Position numbers and translations under genes: made by a program. The notes beneath the pieces were generated by a model. The model did no database searches. It had not been told where the DNA came from and saw only the letters and a list, made by a program, of their open reading frames with translations. This document shows positions 1-14,489 of a stretch of DNA of 64,000 nt, one piece after another. Source of the DNA: Schmidtea polychroa (Eukaryota); NCBI GenBank assembly GCA_044892525.1, contig CM097885.1, positions 51,958,001 to 52,022,000 of the forward strand. The letters are read 5' to 3'. Position 1 is the first letter of the stretch; every line of letters starts with the position of its first letter.

Positions 1-880
1 ATTTCAAAGCGTTATAGTTACTGGTTTTCGAGAAAAGTAGTAGCCAAGAAATTACTGCACAACTACAGAATGTTTACAAGAATGAGAGAAGAAATCATTT
101 ACAACTGGATTCGTGTTTTTAAAAGTGAGTACATTAGTGATTTGGAAAAGCTTGACAGACATGTGAGAGTTGGAAATAAGAAGAAAGAAATAGATAAAGT
201 CATCATGATAGACAGTCGCTCTGTAATAAGAGACATGGCACAACTTCTAAACATCTACAAAGGTATGTTGCATAATTTGCTGAATAAAAAGGACACCAGG
301 AAACTGTATTCACGATTTCTTACGGTTAACAATGCAAACTTGAGTGTTGTCAAAAAAATCTTTGAATATCTTGGTGATACCTTTCTGAAATACAATCACA
401 GAAGATGAGGCATCTTCGAGCTATATAGATATGTGAAACCAAACGTGAATCTGTCGAATGGAAGAGAAACAAGAACAAGAAATATCCGATGTTCACAATA
501 TTTTTGGACATGAAAGTCTTTCTTAAAATGGATTTCGTTCCATCAGATATCAAAATAAACATCGACTATTATGTACAACTGGTAAAGGAATCAAGAAGAA
601 AGCGGCAGATAAGTGGAAATAATAATGAACTCTGGCTATTGCATGACAATAATCCAATTCAATCATCCCACCTGACCACATCTAAAATTGATTTTAGTGC
701 TTCACCCAACTTAAAGTTTCATCATCGTTATTAGTAATTTTCACCTCTTTCGTTGACCGAAGTAGGTTTTGCAAGACAAGTCCTTTGATTGTGCCAGTGA
801 TTTGCAGCAGTATATCATACTCAAAAACTTTCTATGAAAAAGGTATTTTGGACTTGCTGTCACGATGGCGGAAATGCGTG
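1..880 (+). pseudogene. Degenerate mariner-family transposase remnant
   Basis: ORF pieces 70-408 (HTH-like, IIYNWIRVFKS) and 489-734 (LLHDN, the mariner catalytic motif) are broken by stops and frameshifts. The element runs off the window start. Confidence 0.6.
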
Positions 881-3082
881 GATATTGGTGAAGTTTACAG
901 TGAGAAATAAACCTTTACACTTTGGTTGTTTGTTACTGAAGGTTAGAATAAAATCGGTTGTCGAGTCTCAATATTTATTGGGCTCATCTGTTTGTCTGCG
1001 TGTCACAAGAATTCCTAAAAAACGAACAGTATCGATGTGATACATGCCATTTCTAGGTCAACTGTGCTATTTTCAACTTTCAACCTTTCCTCTACAAGTT
1101 TCAGGCCTCAAGTTGATAAACGAGCGCTACTTGCATAGCCACCTGTTTGTCAGAATGCCAAGGGCGTAGGATCCATGAACATTATTCATCGACGATGATC
1201 AAAAATCGATTATTGTATATAACTAAATATTGAAATGAATTTGTGATGACAGTATGAATAATTATAATTAATAATGAACGGATTTGAATATATTTCGAGC
1301 GCAGCTAGGTAATAAAACTGTATATGATTCTACTATTGGATTATATTATACAGGACGTTTTTCTTTTTATGACTTCAATTTCTTTCGAAATACTCCTATT
1401 ACTCTCTTTGTATTGTAAATTTCTCTGCATCTTCAATTACCAGCATTAGAGAAGACTATTAGCACTCAGGCATTATTTCTTTATAATTTCGCAAAACTTG
1501 AATAGTTTGATTGTTTAAGACAACCAACTTCAAAACTCACCATCTTGTTAATGTTTGCTTTGTCATATTATTTCATTTCTCAATTCTAATCTTAAATTTA
1601 ATTTTTGGTCACAACTTCGCTTCAAATGACAAGAAATGTAATCTATTTCAATCTCGAGTTTACAAAATTCTTTACGATAGTGGATTCATTAATTGGTCTT
1701 GTGCAGTAGAAGCATATGTCCAATTCTTAGCAAATGTGACTTATTTTGTCTTACATGGTTTAAATCTCCTGAATTATCTACACACTCATCATTCAGCTAT
1801 TGATATCATAATTAATTTAACTATTTTTTATCTTTTAAACCAGATACACTCAGCTAATAGTTTCAACCCGAGAATACTAATTGCCATTAGCTTCCTTTAA
1901 CCATTATTTTGTCTCATTTCCATTTCAATTCAATTTACTCAAGATATGTCTCTTGAATGAATATTTTTCTTTTGATTGTGCATCGATGGATTCAATACTC
2001 CTGGTAAACAACCTAATGAGTTTGAATTAGTTACATGTTTGGATTCAAATGATTTCATAACTAAAAAAATAGGATAGCAGACATTCCAGAACTATTTAAC
2101 CATATTGTCTTGATTATTTTAATTTTTTAAAAATTTTCGAATAAAGGTGATTTAGTAAACAAATTTTCTTCAAAAAGTAGTTCCTTCGATACATGAATAT
2201 TCTAAATTCCAATTATCCAGTTTTAATCTAAATTTATTTTAAGGATTTCTTTTGATTGAGATCAACTGATATGTGTACTTCAAATATTTGGATTAATTCT
2301 TAATTCTTAGTTTAAAAATTTTTTTATTCACTTCATCCTATTTCGTTTTTTACCAAGATCTTCCATCTCATACTTCTTATCACTTTGAAGTATTCATATC
2401 ATCTTCGATATATAATATCTGTAAAATTAAGGTGCTCGTGTATTGAAATGCATAGCGTGATCAGAATAGCTTTTAAGCTACTGTTTACATAGTCGATGCC
2501 AAATAAAAACAAATTTCTTAAAACTTTATTTGAACCTTGATAAATATTTTTTCTTGCTTATCTTGTTTCTACTCTTTCGGATTGCAACCTTTTAAGGATA
2601 AATGTGGAGGATTTAAAAACTAAAATTTAACCTAACAAATTACAGATTGGTCATGCGTTGTAGAAACAGGGTTCATCTGTAACTTGTTTTCAATAAAAGT
2701 TAATAAAAATTCATTTTTTGTGTTGTATAAACTCATATTTATTTATTTAATTATACACTAGTAATTTGTAAATTCATAGGTACAAATTTCATTTTGTTAG
2801 AAATGTATCTAATGTTTTACGTTGCTACTATTTCTGTTTGATATCCAGATGTAGTGTTTGTTCACTTTTTGTTAGACCTGTTATAATTTGTCATGGATTT
2901 ATTAATCTTGTTTTATGTTTGTATGAAGTATTCAGAGTTTTTTTATAATATTGCATGTTTCCGACAATGTGCATAACGGATTAAAATTTAAGAGATTTTT
3001 TTTAAAGAATTACTCACAACAAAATCTGTACTCAAAAATATATATTTGTTAGATTAGTAGTTAAACATACATAGGAACGATT

Positions 3083-3297
3083 AAATTATAAGAAAGCGCC
3101 AATCAAACATTCGTTTCACGAAATATTTCGAAAGTTTTCCTGTTATCACCAGGTAGTATATAATTAGAAATTAAGGATTTTTGAATAAATTTATTAATTT
3201 TATAAATTTCAATACTTATTGGGAACTTGTAATTTGTGAAGAAAAGTGTCGAAATATATCGTGGAACGAATGTTTGATTTGCGCTTTCTTATAATTT
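3083..3297. repeat. Inverted pair of Penelope-like terminal-repeat fragments with degenerate hammerhead motif
   Basis: 3083-3140 and 3241-3297 are ~55-bp imperfect inverted repeats. The same sequence lies at 53824-53900, next to a Penelope GIY-YIG C-terminal fragment. Confidence 0.65.
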
Positions 3298-3708
3298 GTT
3301 AGATAGATTTTTCTCTCTTTGAAGTTAAAATGTGTCACTTACTGCGAAATGCGATTTAGCAAATATTCACTCTTTTTAGTAGAGTGATCTACTTAACGGT
3401 CAGTACTTAATGTAGAAACACTTAAGGTTCCAGCCAGCTTTTTCAGAATCGATATGACATTTTCTAAATAGTAATACAGTTCAATTCTTATTTACATTTA
3501 TCATTTAAAGCTTACTGTATTGATCTTAGAAAGTTATTTCACTTTCTAAATACCCTTTCATTAGAATCAATACAATTACCAAGGTATGATTTCAGTAAAT
3601 GTCAGTAAAGATGCTAGGTTTCAAGCTCAAAATTTTCTTCTTTTTGCATAAGTGCTAAAAATATAAAAAATACTTCTTGACCTTTAATAAAGTGTCAATT
3701 TCTAAATA

Positions 3709-4985
3709 TTAGGTTGTCCCATAAGTATCTTTCGCAAATGCGCACAAAGAAATGTTCATGCACGAATCTGTATGAACCTGTGATGTTCTAAGTTCAATGT
3801 TATTATCATTGCATTCAGTCAGCCTTTAGCTATCAAATAGTGTAAATCAAATAAATAATAGTAAAGCCCTTTTTTATTATTGAACGATGGAAAATCAAAG
3901 ATAACATTTAAGACATGTGATTCTGCATTGTTTTAAAAAAGGTTTTAGTGCTAGTGATACAGTAAATGAGATTTTTATGGTTTATGGGAATGACGTTACA
4001 AGTTTTCAAACAGTTCGCAGTTGGTTTAGGAGGTTCAGAGTCAGTAATTTTAATCTGGAAGACGAAGAACGTTGCGGCCGCTAATCCACTACGAACACGG
4101 ATCTAATCATAGCCATGGTTGAAGAAAATCCGCGATATACTGTTCGCGAAATAGCTAACAAGTCAGAAATTTCACGAACATACGTCCATAATCATCTGAC
4201 AAAATTGGGTTACATCAATTGTTCAGATGTGTGGCTTCCTCATGAACTGACTGACTCAAATAAACTTCAGCGTATTTCAACATGCGATCTTCTTCTCCAA
4301 CGACATAATAGCCAACCTTTTTTGAAGAGACTTGTCACTGGGGATGAAATTTGGATACTCTATGAGAATATCCAAAGTAAACGGTCTTGGACCAAGAGTA
4401 CAGAAGCTTTAACTGTAGCTAAACCTGGCCTACACCCAAAAAAAGTTTTGCTATGCATTTGGTGGGATTGGAAGGGGTAGTTTATTATGAGCTACTTCAG
4501 GAAGGTGAAATAATCAATTAAACGAAATACTGTTGCCAACTAGACAATCTAAAGGATGCAATTGCCAGAAAACGGCCAGAATTAGCGAACAGACGAGGCG
4601 TTGTTTTTCATTACGATAACGCCAGGCCTCATGTTTCTTTACTCGTCAGAAATAAATTATTATCATTTGACTGGGATGTTTTACCTCATCCTCCATACTC
4701 TCCGGATATTGCTCCTTCAGATTATTATTTGTTTCTTTCATTGAAAAATTCTTTACGTGGTAAAAATTTTAATTCAAAAAATGATATAAAAATGTACCTT
4801 GATCAATATTTTGCCGACAAACCTCGGAAATTTTGGGAAGAAGGCATTATGAGGCTTCCGGAGAGATGGAGGAAGGTAATAGAACAGAATGGATCATATA
4901 TTATTCAATAAATTTTTATGAAATACAAATTATTGTTTATTTTCTTCTTAATATGAAAACGAAAGAAACTTATGGGACAACCTAA
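3709..4985 (+). mobile_element. Full-length mariner transposon (1277 bp), inactivated
   Basis: TIRs TTAGGTTGTCCCATAAGT (3709) and ACTTATGGGACAACCTAA (ending 4985), flanked by TA on both sides, with an internal transposase. Confidence 0.95.
3887..4911 (+). pseudogene. Mariner DD34D transposase pseudogene
   Basis: Starts MENQR*HLRHVILHCF and contains WLPHEL, TGDEIW, YDNARPH and YSPDIAPSDYYLF. It has in-frame stops (e.g. ~3902 and 4478) and a frameshift. Confidence 0.92.
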
Positions 4986-7599
4986 TAATATGCAGATTGC
5001 AAGTAATAATCTTCGTATGTTTTTCTGAATCTCAGCCAGCATTTGTACACTTACGTCACAATAAATCACATACAAATTAGCCCATAACAACCTGTATCGT
5101 TACGTTATTCTTAAAACAATTTGTGTTTCTACATTCTCAGTATTATCAGTATTAAGCTCATTTATAATAATATTTGAGTTTAGTTTATGAATCTCATTCA
5201 CAAAATGAAAATTTAATATTTGTGCAATTAATTTGAAGACTTAAATCTCCTTGTTATAACACCAAACTCTATACAAAGGAAAAGTGGGAAATTTAATATC
5301 TAAACATGACAACTTTTTAAAGCGTCTTGTTGGAAGCGATGAAAAAGAACAATTTTGCAGCATATTTAACATTACCCTTACTTGGCAGATAAAATAAGGA
5401 GTCACGAGTGATGATGAAGTGGGTTAAACCACAAATGAAGCATTCAATTGCAACACACTAACTTTTAACTTGATTCCTCGGTTAAAATAAGTGTTCTCTT
5501 CTTTAGCGACTCAGAATATAGCATATGTCTTAGCGACAATGAAAGCTACGAATCTCCTGAAAAAAGATACCTTGCAATACCAAAAAATTTTGAAAATTCG
5601 AGCGCGCAAACAATTACCACTACTGTTAAAGATATAGTTGATTATTTTGAATTATGGGAAACAATAAAAATAATTATCACAACAGCTTTATACCCAGACT
5701 CAAAATATGATGGCGCCGGTGCAGGTTTATACGTATTAATTCAATACCAATTTTAATTTTAATCAATCTAATATATCATCATTACTTTCTGAAAATGTGT
5801 ACTTATCTCTGCATCTTGATTTCTTAATTCTATAAATTAGTATATTCAAAATCTTGCCAACATATTTGTGAAACATACTGGTAAAGATGCTAAAATATTT
5901 TACAAAATTAGTAAAAAATCATAACTTATATCATTTTTCATCAATTCAAAAATTATAGTGTCAAACCAAAAATGTTTGGCTATATAATAATAGTAATAAT
6001 AATACTGAAGTAATGGATTCACAAAAATATACGAATATGATTTGAATTGACAATCAAATGAAAGCTTATGCATTAAAATAAAACGTCTTTAAATAATTTT
6101 TTATTTGTTGATAGTAGTGAAACAAATCGAATATTTCTTAACCGAGTATGTTAAGTCGTCACATCAAGCGGTTAATATATAACAACTAAACTAATTATCT
6201 AAAGTCTTCTATAATTTACTGCTTAATACTTTCAACCGTTTTCAAACACTTTTGGATGAATTAAATGGTTATTTACATTTTAATTATGTATTAAAATTTT
6301 TTTCGAACCATTTTGAATTTCTATTGACATGAATTATTATAGTGATTGTCTGAGTTTTTTTTAATAGAGAATACTCATTTTACCAATAAAGTTATAACCC
6401 GGTTAACGTTGTTAAATGGTTCCAGAAAACCTCGACATTAACCGAAACAACATTATACGAGTCAATCAAATATCCTGGTGTTAAAAATTACTGCTGAAAA
6501 AATAAAAAATTTACATAATTAAGGACAAATTGTGAATTTAAATAGATTTTAAAAATTAAGATTTCGTTAAAGAAATTTTGATTCGTTTTAAGTTTTACAT
6601 ATTAAAAAATTTTACTGCAAAACAACGTTAACCGGAGTAATACTGTATAAAAAATGTATCTAAAAAGCTTTTGGTGTTAAAGACTTGTTTAACCAATTAT
6701 GCAATTCATTTCTTTCTAAAACTAATTTATTTTATAAAAATTGAATTCGGCTTTCGTTTATTTAGATAATTTATTGGTTTCCGCTCTACCTAATATTTTT
6801 TATTTACAAGACAAATATTAGAAAAACAGCTTTGGTTTAAAGGAAAAGAAGCATGTTGGACTAATATTTTTTCCATGTGCTTTTTTAATGTTCTATTTTT
6901 ATTATTTTTCAAATAATTGCAAACAGTTTAATTGAATCTATTTTACTTTATAATCTATTTATTAATTAAGCGTTATTTCTTATTACTTTCAAGTGATACT
7001 TCATCAATTCATTTTTGACGAAGCACACAGTCTGTTGTGGATACGATATATTTCACCGTAATTAAAAAAATGTTTGAATTATTACATTTTTAAGAGAAAC
7101 ATGAACAAGACAAAAAGCGTTTCCTAAAGTATTTTATTTTGTTCATAGTTTAGTTAGATAGATTTAATGGGTTTTTTAATGTTATGAGGTAAATCGACGA
7201 AAATTTATTATTTTGGATTTCTTGGGAGTGATTAATTTAAACTTTTTACATTTCGAACATACGCAATTACAGTAAATCATATAAAATTTTCGATAATTGA
7301 ATTTTATCACTAAGTTTTTGAATAAATTTATAGTCACCAAATATCATTAGAAATAATTATTCAGATTAGTTTTATTTTATGGCCGATATCAGACTATTAG
7401 TTATATTTTCTGAAGACAAACTACTTTTTTTTTGATTTTTTCTTTATATGTTGTTAAATCAATTTTTTTGAATATTTGAAAAGCTTGAGAATATATGTAT
7501 ATAATGAAATGGTTTTGGTACAGCAGTTGGTACTACTTATGCAACGAAAAGAGTTTTCAGAATCGCCTTAATATAATTCAGTTTTTGTTGTATCGTATG

Positions 7600-8430
7600 A
7601 GATTTAATAGTTTTCATCAAAAAATTTATATTTTCGATATTTTCATTACAAAATACTGCTTTTAAAGAAAAATATTTACCATGCCGCCCAAATATATTGG
7701 ACTTTTTCATACTATTTTTCATTTTTTTTTCGAATGATGATATACTATCAAGAAAAAAAGGAAGGCCGAATGGAATGGATCAGAAAATTGTAAACGAGAT
7801 TCAAATGATCATTGGAAGTTATTCTTCAAACACCTCTTACCGTTTTATGTCGCAAAATATTACAGCTTCAAGTTCAACTATACCTAAGTATTTAAAAAAT
7901 ATAAAATTTAATAGAAAAAGGCTTTCTATATAGTGCCTAATGAGAGAAATACAGCCAAAACATTGGACTTACAACAAGCGTACTGTAGGCACTTGAATAA
8001 CATTCTAGATCGTAATTTAATATTTTTTAGGTAAAACAGGATGCAGTGCGCATAGCAAAAACATTATGACCAGTCCCTCGAAAATGCGAAATTTTTTGTA
8101 ACTTCCAGAGAACAGGGGGTAGATTTTAAGCCTCATGGTCTTACTTAGTAAATCTGAAGTAATTGCACGCTAGAGTATCTAACGGCACAATGTAGCATTT
8201 CATCATCGAAATGATGTAATTAAATTACTTAAATATTAGTTTTACGTTTTTACCGCCATATTCTCACCAATTAAATTCCATTAAAGAATATTTTAGTCAT
8301 TTAAGGGCAAATTATACTTCTATCTGACCAGCTTCTCGAAATCGGGCTGAAGCTTATTGAAAATTTAATCGATAATAAAGTCTTTTCGTTCGGAATCAGT
8401 CGACAAGAATTTTATTAAATGATTAAATGA
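7600..8430 (+). pseudogene. Decayed IS630/Tc1-type transposase
   Basis: KKGRP HTH linker in ORF 7697-7933 and FLPPYSPQLNSIKEYFS at ~8247-8300. Many disruptions. Confidence 0.6.
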
Positions 8431-9170
8431 ATGTTTTTCAAGTGAACCCCAAATTCTGTTTTTTGTAAACTATTAATAATTATGTTTTATATTTATATTT
8501 AATGAAATTACATAGAAAATATATCAAAAAATCATTAAATTTTTTTTATAATCCTATAAAAATACTGCCGTATTATGATATTATTTTGAATTTTTTTGTA
8601 TTTCAACAGTTAGGAAAAAATAAATTACGTAACTGTAACTTAAAAATTTTAGATTGAACAATATTTTATATTTATAGATTTTTTTGATTTTTTGTTGTTT
8701 CATTCTTGCATCAAAATTTGCTTTTTATTGTCGATTCTACGTTCGTTTTTTATTTAATATGGAACTTTTTCAAATTGACTTAGCCTTTTATTTATTTTAA
8801 CTTTTACTTTTAAACGAAAATATAAATTCTATATAATATTTTGATTTATATATAGTCAGTCGCTGATTTCAAAATAATCGAATTTTCGTTTATAAATTGT
8901 TTTTTTAAAATTTTTATTCATATTTCTTTAAACATTTCTTGTGAATATGTATCGTTTTATATTTCTTGAATATCGATTTTTCGTATGAAAAATTATGTCG
9001 AAAACATTTTTTCTAAAATCCATAGTACAATATTCGTTCTACAATAATAGAATAATCTACACCTAAATGTTATTCTAAAACTCGATTAATAAAATTTTCA
9101 TGATACTAAACGAAAAATAAAGAAGAATTTAATTTTTCACCCAATCGAATTATTATTATTATTACTACTG

Positions 9171-9388
9171 TAATGATAGTCCAGCTTGACTTTAAATTGT
9201 AATTTCTTTTATACGTAACAGTGATACTTAAAAGGCAGTTTTGTTATTTGTTCAATCAATAAAATAAAATTATTTAATGTGTTTTTACTGTAAAAGGTTT
9301 TGCAAAACCGTTCAATTTTTTATATTCTCTATTGAAAATCATTTTGCAATCAAAATGTAACTGGACTATCATTTTTGGACAGAGGGAG
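9171..9388. mobile_element. Truncated MITE with CTCCCTC-type (Tc1/mariner) end
   Basis: Right end is CTGGACTATCATTTTTGGACAGAGGGAG followed by TA. A partial inverted copy, AATGATAGTCCAG, is at ~9172. Confidence 0.45.
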
Positions 9389-10108
9389 TATATTTTAATT
9401 GTCACATATTTATTATAACTAAAAATTAATTAAATAAATTCTTAATTATAATTATGTAGCGATTAATATTTCTAACAAATCAGAGAGTATTTTAATTTTC
9501 AACTACAAAGGAAATTTATTTAATTATTCTATTTAAAAACAAATTTAATCTCTTTATATTTGCAAAAGTGAGATAAAACAAAACTGTTTTAAAAATGTTC
9601 AATATTTGGAAATTTCAAAACAATATTAAAAACTAAGATAAATGAAATAAATTAAATTTGGTCATTTGAAAAATTTTAATTAATTTAATAGTTGGGGTCA
9701 CGAATTTTTTTTTGTAAATTTTTGGTGCACAAAAAAATTAGTTTGGGCCCCAAATTTTGTATTATTATTATAAAAACTTATTACATCTTTTAATTATTTG
9801 CAGATTATTATATTTATGTAATATAAGTAAAGAAGTATTTAATTATATTACATATTAAATTGCTGTTGAATATTTTTGCATAGAAAAAATCTAGAAGAAA
9901 ATGTTTCTAAATTAATGTTTTTTATTTATGAATTATATATATATATATATCAACTAAATAAATATAAGAAATAATAATTATTAAATTCAAGATTATCAAC
10001 AATCTGTATTTTATTTGAACCGTACACACATTTTCCCATTAATATTTTAAATAAACAAACATTTACAATCTTTTACATAACATTAACATAACTTGATCCT
10101 TGCTTAAG

Positions 10109-10719
10109 GTTTTATCAATGACAAATGCAAGCTAAATAATCAATCAAACATGCCAACCGAGTCGTCTCATTTAGATCAAAGTATTTTGTCAAATTACCTG
10201 ATGAAAAATAAACCGCAAATGAATCATATTAATCACGAAAGAAATCACATTTTGTCAATGAATGGGCCACCTGGTCTGACGAATTTGAACATGATAGAAA
10301 AGAGCATGATTATGCAACCGAGACCGATTGTTAAAACCAGCAGTCCCCAGTTGTTCGACATGAATGCAATGAATGAATTCAAGAACTATCAAAATAATTT
10401 TGCCTATCAAAGAAGTATTTCTGCTAATAATCCACTTCAAATGCAAAATCTTGAAATGAACAAAACCGTCCAAATGAACAATCATATTGAGCTGTTGAAA
10501 AACCTTCGAAACCGAGAGTTGCAACTTCAACACCAAGCAATGCTAATGAATAACAACTATTCAAACCGTCAGTCTTTTATACCAAGTGCTCATGAGATGA
10601 ATATTCAAAATTCCTCTTCCAATAAAATGCTAGCTAATCTGTTTAATGTGAGCTCTTCAACTCTTCCTCCTTTGCCCCAAGCTAAGTATGCCGATCAAAT
10701 CGAAACAGAGAATATATGA
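10109..10719 (+). CDS. Probable terminal exon of a host gene (N/Q/M-rich low-complexity region; C-terminus resembles eIF4E-transporter 4E-T)
   Basis: Uninterrupted ~200-codon frame, candidate acceptor ttaag| at 10108, stop at 10717-10719 and AATAAA at ~10723. The C-terminal LANLF...LPPLPQAKYADQIE recalls the 4E-T C-terminal motif (from memory, unverified). Confidence 0.6.
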
Positions 10720-13700
10720 AGAAATAAAAACTAACGTTTGAATTACAAAATATTATCACATACAATGTTCCGAAGTCGTTGTAAATATACGCATACTACT
10801 ACTACATTGATGAAGCCATTTTAAGACTTAATGTACCTGAGTTGTCATAATATTTTGAAATCATTATGAGTTGAAATGAAGATCTGTCGTTATAAATACA
10901 TGATTTTGTTTGTTTCGATTATTTATTATTATCAGCTACTTTTACGGATTAATTTATTGAATTAAATGAGAAAAATGTTTTACAGCGTATTATTTACAAA
11001 ATTATTTTTTTGTGAAATTTATTAGCGGAATTTTATTATTTAGACTCGTTCCTTTACACTACATCGTTAGATAAATATCTATGTTTAATTGCGTTTCTCA
11101 TCCGGTCGCCCTCTATCATTGTTACATGTGCATAATTAACAATTTATTGACTAAAGACCAACAATATTGTGACTACGATGCAAATTCATTTTAAATTCAC
11201 TGCTAGGTAAAAATTCCCAAAGGATCTTTGTTTTTCTATTGTTTCTTACTTTTCTTTTTAAGTTTCTGGGGAAATCATTATTTATTCTAGCACGTTGTAA
11301 ACTAGGTTTTCGTCGACCTTCGCCATATAATTCTTCTTTTTCCAACTTCTGTTAACAGAGAAGTTAATTAAATTAATTTTGTTGCATTTTATAATTTTTG
11401 AATGTACAATTCTGCTGGGTTTTACTTTTTAAAAGTTCTACTCCTAACTCCTCGTGTTCTTATCCAAATAAATAAGTGGAAACCCAACACAATAACTTTA
11501 TTCAATTTCAAATAAATTACAACTTGTCACTACATTTGCACCTTTCGCTCAATGCAATTATCACTTGATAAGGTACCCAGGAGGCAATCACATTTTCTAG
11601 TACGAGGATTAAACATATCTGTTTCTGAGAGGTCTATTATCTTAGGAATTGCAATTTTAATTATCTCCCGGGAATCCTATGTAAACATTTGAGGGTTTCC
11701 AAATTATTTTTATTTGTTTATCCCAGATTGGCGCTCGAAATATTTCCTCTCTTATCTGATCTATAGGGTCTCACTGCGCATCGGGTTTCTCACGGGCTCG
11801 GGCTTTCCATTACAAATTAATTAATTTTAATTAATTTGTTTTTTCATATTAACATTCCCTGGGAACACCCTTTTAAATTTTCATTTTAATTTCTGAACTC
11901 GTCTACCAATTTGGCGTTTAACCATACCCGATAGGCCCGTTCAATATTTATTTTTTGTAGATTTTAATTAATTTTGTACTTTAACTGATTTTACCAATAT
12001 TTGTTATACTTTCCTTTTATATATATAAATATTTTTTGGTATTTGCACTAACCCTAACAATTTGATTCGAAAATTTCTGTCCAATAGGTGCAGCACTTTT
12101 TAATCAGTAAAACAGAACCGATTGTCTAATTTTGAAAACCTTTAAATATTTGGATTCAGAAAATAATAGATTTAAAATTGATTCTATTAACTTTGGTTTT
12201 ATAGTATTATTTTTATAGTATTATTATAGTATTATTATATTTATAGTATTATTATTATAGTATTATCCATTTTATTTGTTGGTCAATTTTGATCTGTTTT
12301 CTTTCTCTGATATTTATTTTATGATAAGAAAATGGAAAGAAAACAAATCAAAATTGACCAAAAAATAGAAAATTTATTATCATAATTCTGACAAAAAATT
12401 AAGAATATATTCTATGCATTACAATTTTTGACTTGATTCTAATTAAAAGTAAAGCTGAAGTCAGAATTAAAATAAATGAAATATCAAAATATGCAGAAAA
12501 ATTTTAATTAGAAAATATTAAATAGCTATATAAATGAATAATCGACAATAAGTTAAACTAACCTAAAGAAGTAAAATTAAATAAGAAAGGTGCAAAATGC
12601 AAATAATTAAAGTACAGGAAACAACATTGTAAGAACGGATTAATCAGAAAATATTTAGGTTTAAGAAAATGGAAAAATGTTTTGAAACATGAAATCAGAG
12701 AGTAATTCTCGGTAATTAATCTATATCCGAGAAGATTATTAAAAAATTGACAAACATACAAAAAGGTTAATTACAGAGCGTCGGAATTAAAATAAAATTA
12801 TTATTATTTGTACAGACTTTGTCATATTTAGTAAATAAGAAACAAGATATCCAATTTATTGTGAGATTTTGGGAGTTTCGTTTTATTCTTTTGCTAAAAC
12901 AAACCTTTTAATATACAAATTACAGTAATTATTAATTTTTCTTGATTTTGCACTCGCTGAATCCACCATTAAAATAATGAAAATTCTAAAATTGACACAA
13001 AACATTTAAAATTCCATAATTTTATTTTCAGTTTACTTTCTTAAAAAACAAATTTTTTGTTTATAGATAACAAAAGACAACGATAAAAATTAGAAATAGC
13101 AACAATTTCTAATAATACTTGGTATACACCAATCTCTCGAATTACAAGGTTACCATTTTACGCGGTCATAAAAAATAATATTTTTTAATGAAATCAAACA
13201 TATTTGGTGGCAAGTGTCTCTCAGATGCATATATTGCATAAGATTACTCACATTTTAACGACCAGACGTCTGTAACTCACTCCATTACAGGTGCAGTACG
13301 TCAAATATTGTGTTGTGGAGTTCACCTGTTTCGCTCAAGATTTTGCTTGTTTATACACCCAATTCCGAAATTTTTCATGTATTTTACATTGTGTGTTTTG
13401 TGTTGGTATGTTCAATTATTTTTCCCTCACCTTCACAATTCCTATAATAAAGTTATTAAATTTCGGAACAATAAATTTCTACACACAGGTAAGTTTGTGT
13501 GTTCCTATACTATAAATTTATTGATTTTTTTTAGATTATAGAAGTTACTAAATTTCGGAATTAGGTGTAATATAATTTAAATGAATATTAAAAAGTTTGT
13601 ACATTTGAAAACTATTCAATTAATTTACTATGCATTTTGTTTTCTTTCTCAATTTACGCAGATATTTATTTTCTGGAACCTATCTATCATTTTTGTATGA

Positions 13701-14199
13701 ATTTGAAGTCTCGATTTACGCGGTTTCGATTTGCGCGTTAGTTTCTTGGAACGTATCTACCGCGTAAATTGGTGTAGTTAGTTCTGAAAATTTTTGATTT
13801 TAACTACCAATTGTAATCTAATTATTTTTTTATTTCAAAAAAATATAAATTTGAAATTGTGATTTTGTTTTTTTCACACTGTTTAAATTGTTTTATAATT
13901 TACTATTTAAATATTTTACTAGGAATTTATGTAAAAGAAATTTATTTGAAAGAATTTATAAACAATTGTTACTAACTTCGAGCAATATACGTTTATTTTG
14001 TGAAATTACATGGGATAATATTATTATATGATAAAAAAATTAAAATAATTTTTTCTCATTTCTATGTTTCCCAAAATAAAATTTTTGAATATGTTTAAAA
14101 TAAACAAAAATCTGTCAACCTATTTTACTGATTTTTAAAAAAAATGTGACAAAAGAGCATGCATGAGTAAGAAAAACCACATACAATCACATACAAAAT

Positions 14200-14430
14200 C
14201 CACATTAAGTACCTACATCTAGAAGAGAGCTTCTTATTCAGTAATTTGTAATTGGATTAAAGAATCGTGGGATGAAATAACTTCAAATTGCATAGTAGGA
14301 GGGTTTAATCGATCTCGTATTATTCGTAACACAGTACATGGAATTACTGAATCAAAAAAAGTAGAAATGTCCAATGAAATAATTACAGAATCTAGCAATA
14401 CCGATTATTGTGAAAAATTTGATGGTTTTG
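14200..14430 (+). pseudogene. 3' fragment of a pogo/Tigger transposase
   Basis: Translates to ASYSVICNWIKESWDEITSNCIVGGFNRSRI, matching the W...W..I....I...F pattern of pogo DDE C-termini. Confidence 0.6.
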
Positions 14431-14489
14431 AATAAAAAAATATTAGTTTAATGATATATTATTAAATTGTTTAATTTTGACAACCATTT

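Noticed and set aside
1340..2450. Possible decayed minus-strand coding sequence, and ORF 1511-1900
   Set aside because: The composition suggests a relic, but I could not recognise any motif. The plus-strand ORF looks like antisense noise.
11080..11950. Possible solo LTR (GC-richer patch)
   Set aside because: No TG...CA boundaries with a TSD could be established.
13125..13776. Possible Tigger-like MITE with TACACCAAT...ATTGGTGTA ends
   Set aside because: The inverted match is only ~9 bp, too weak to call.
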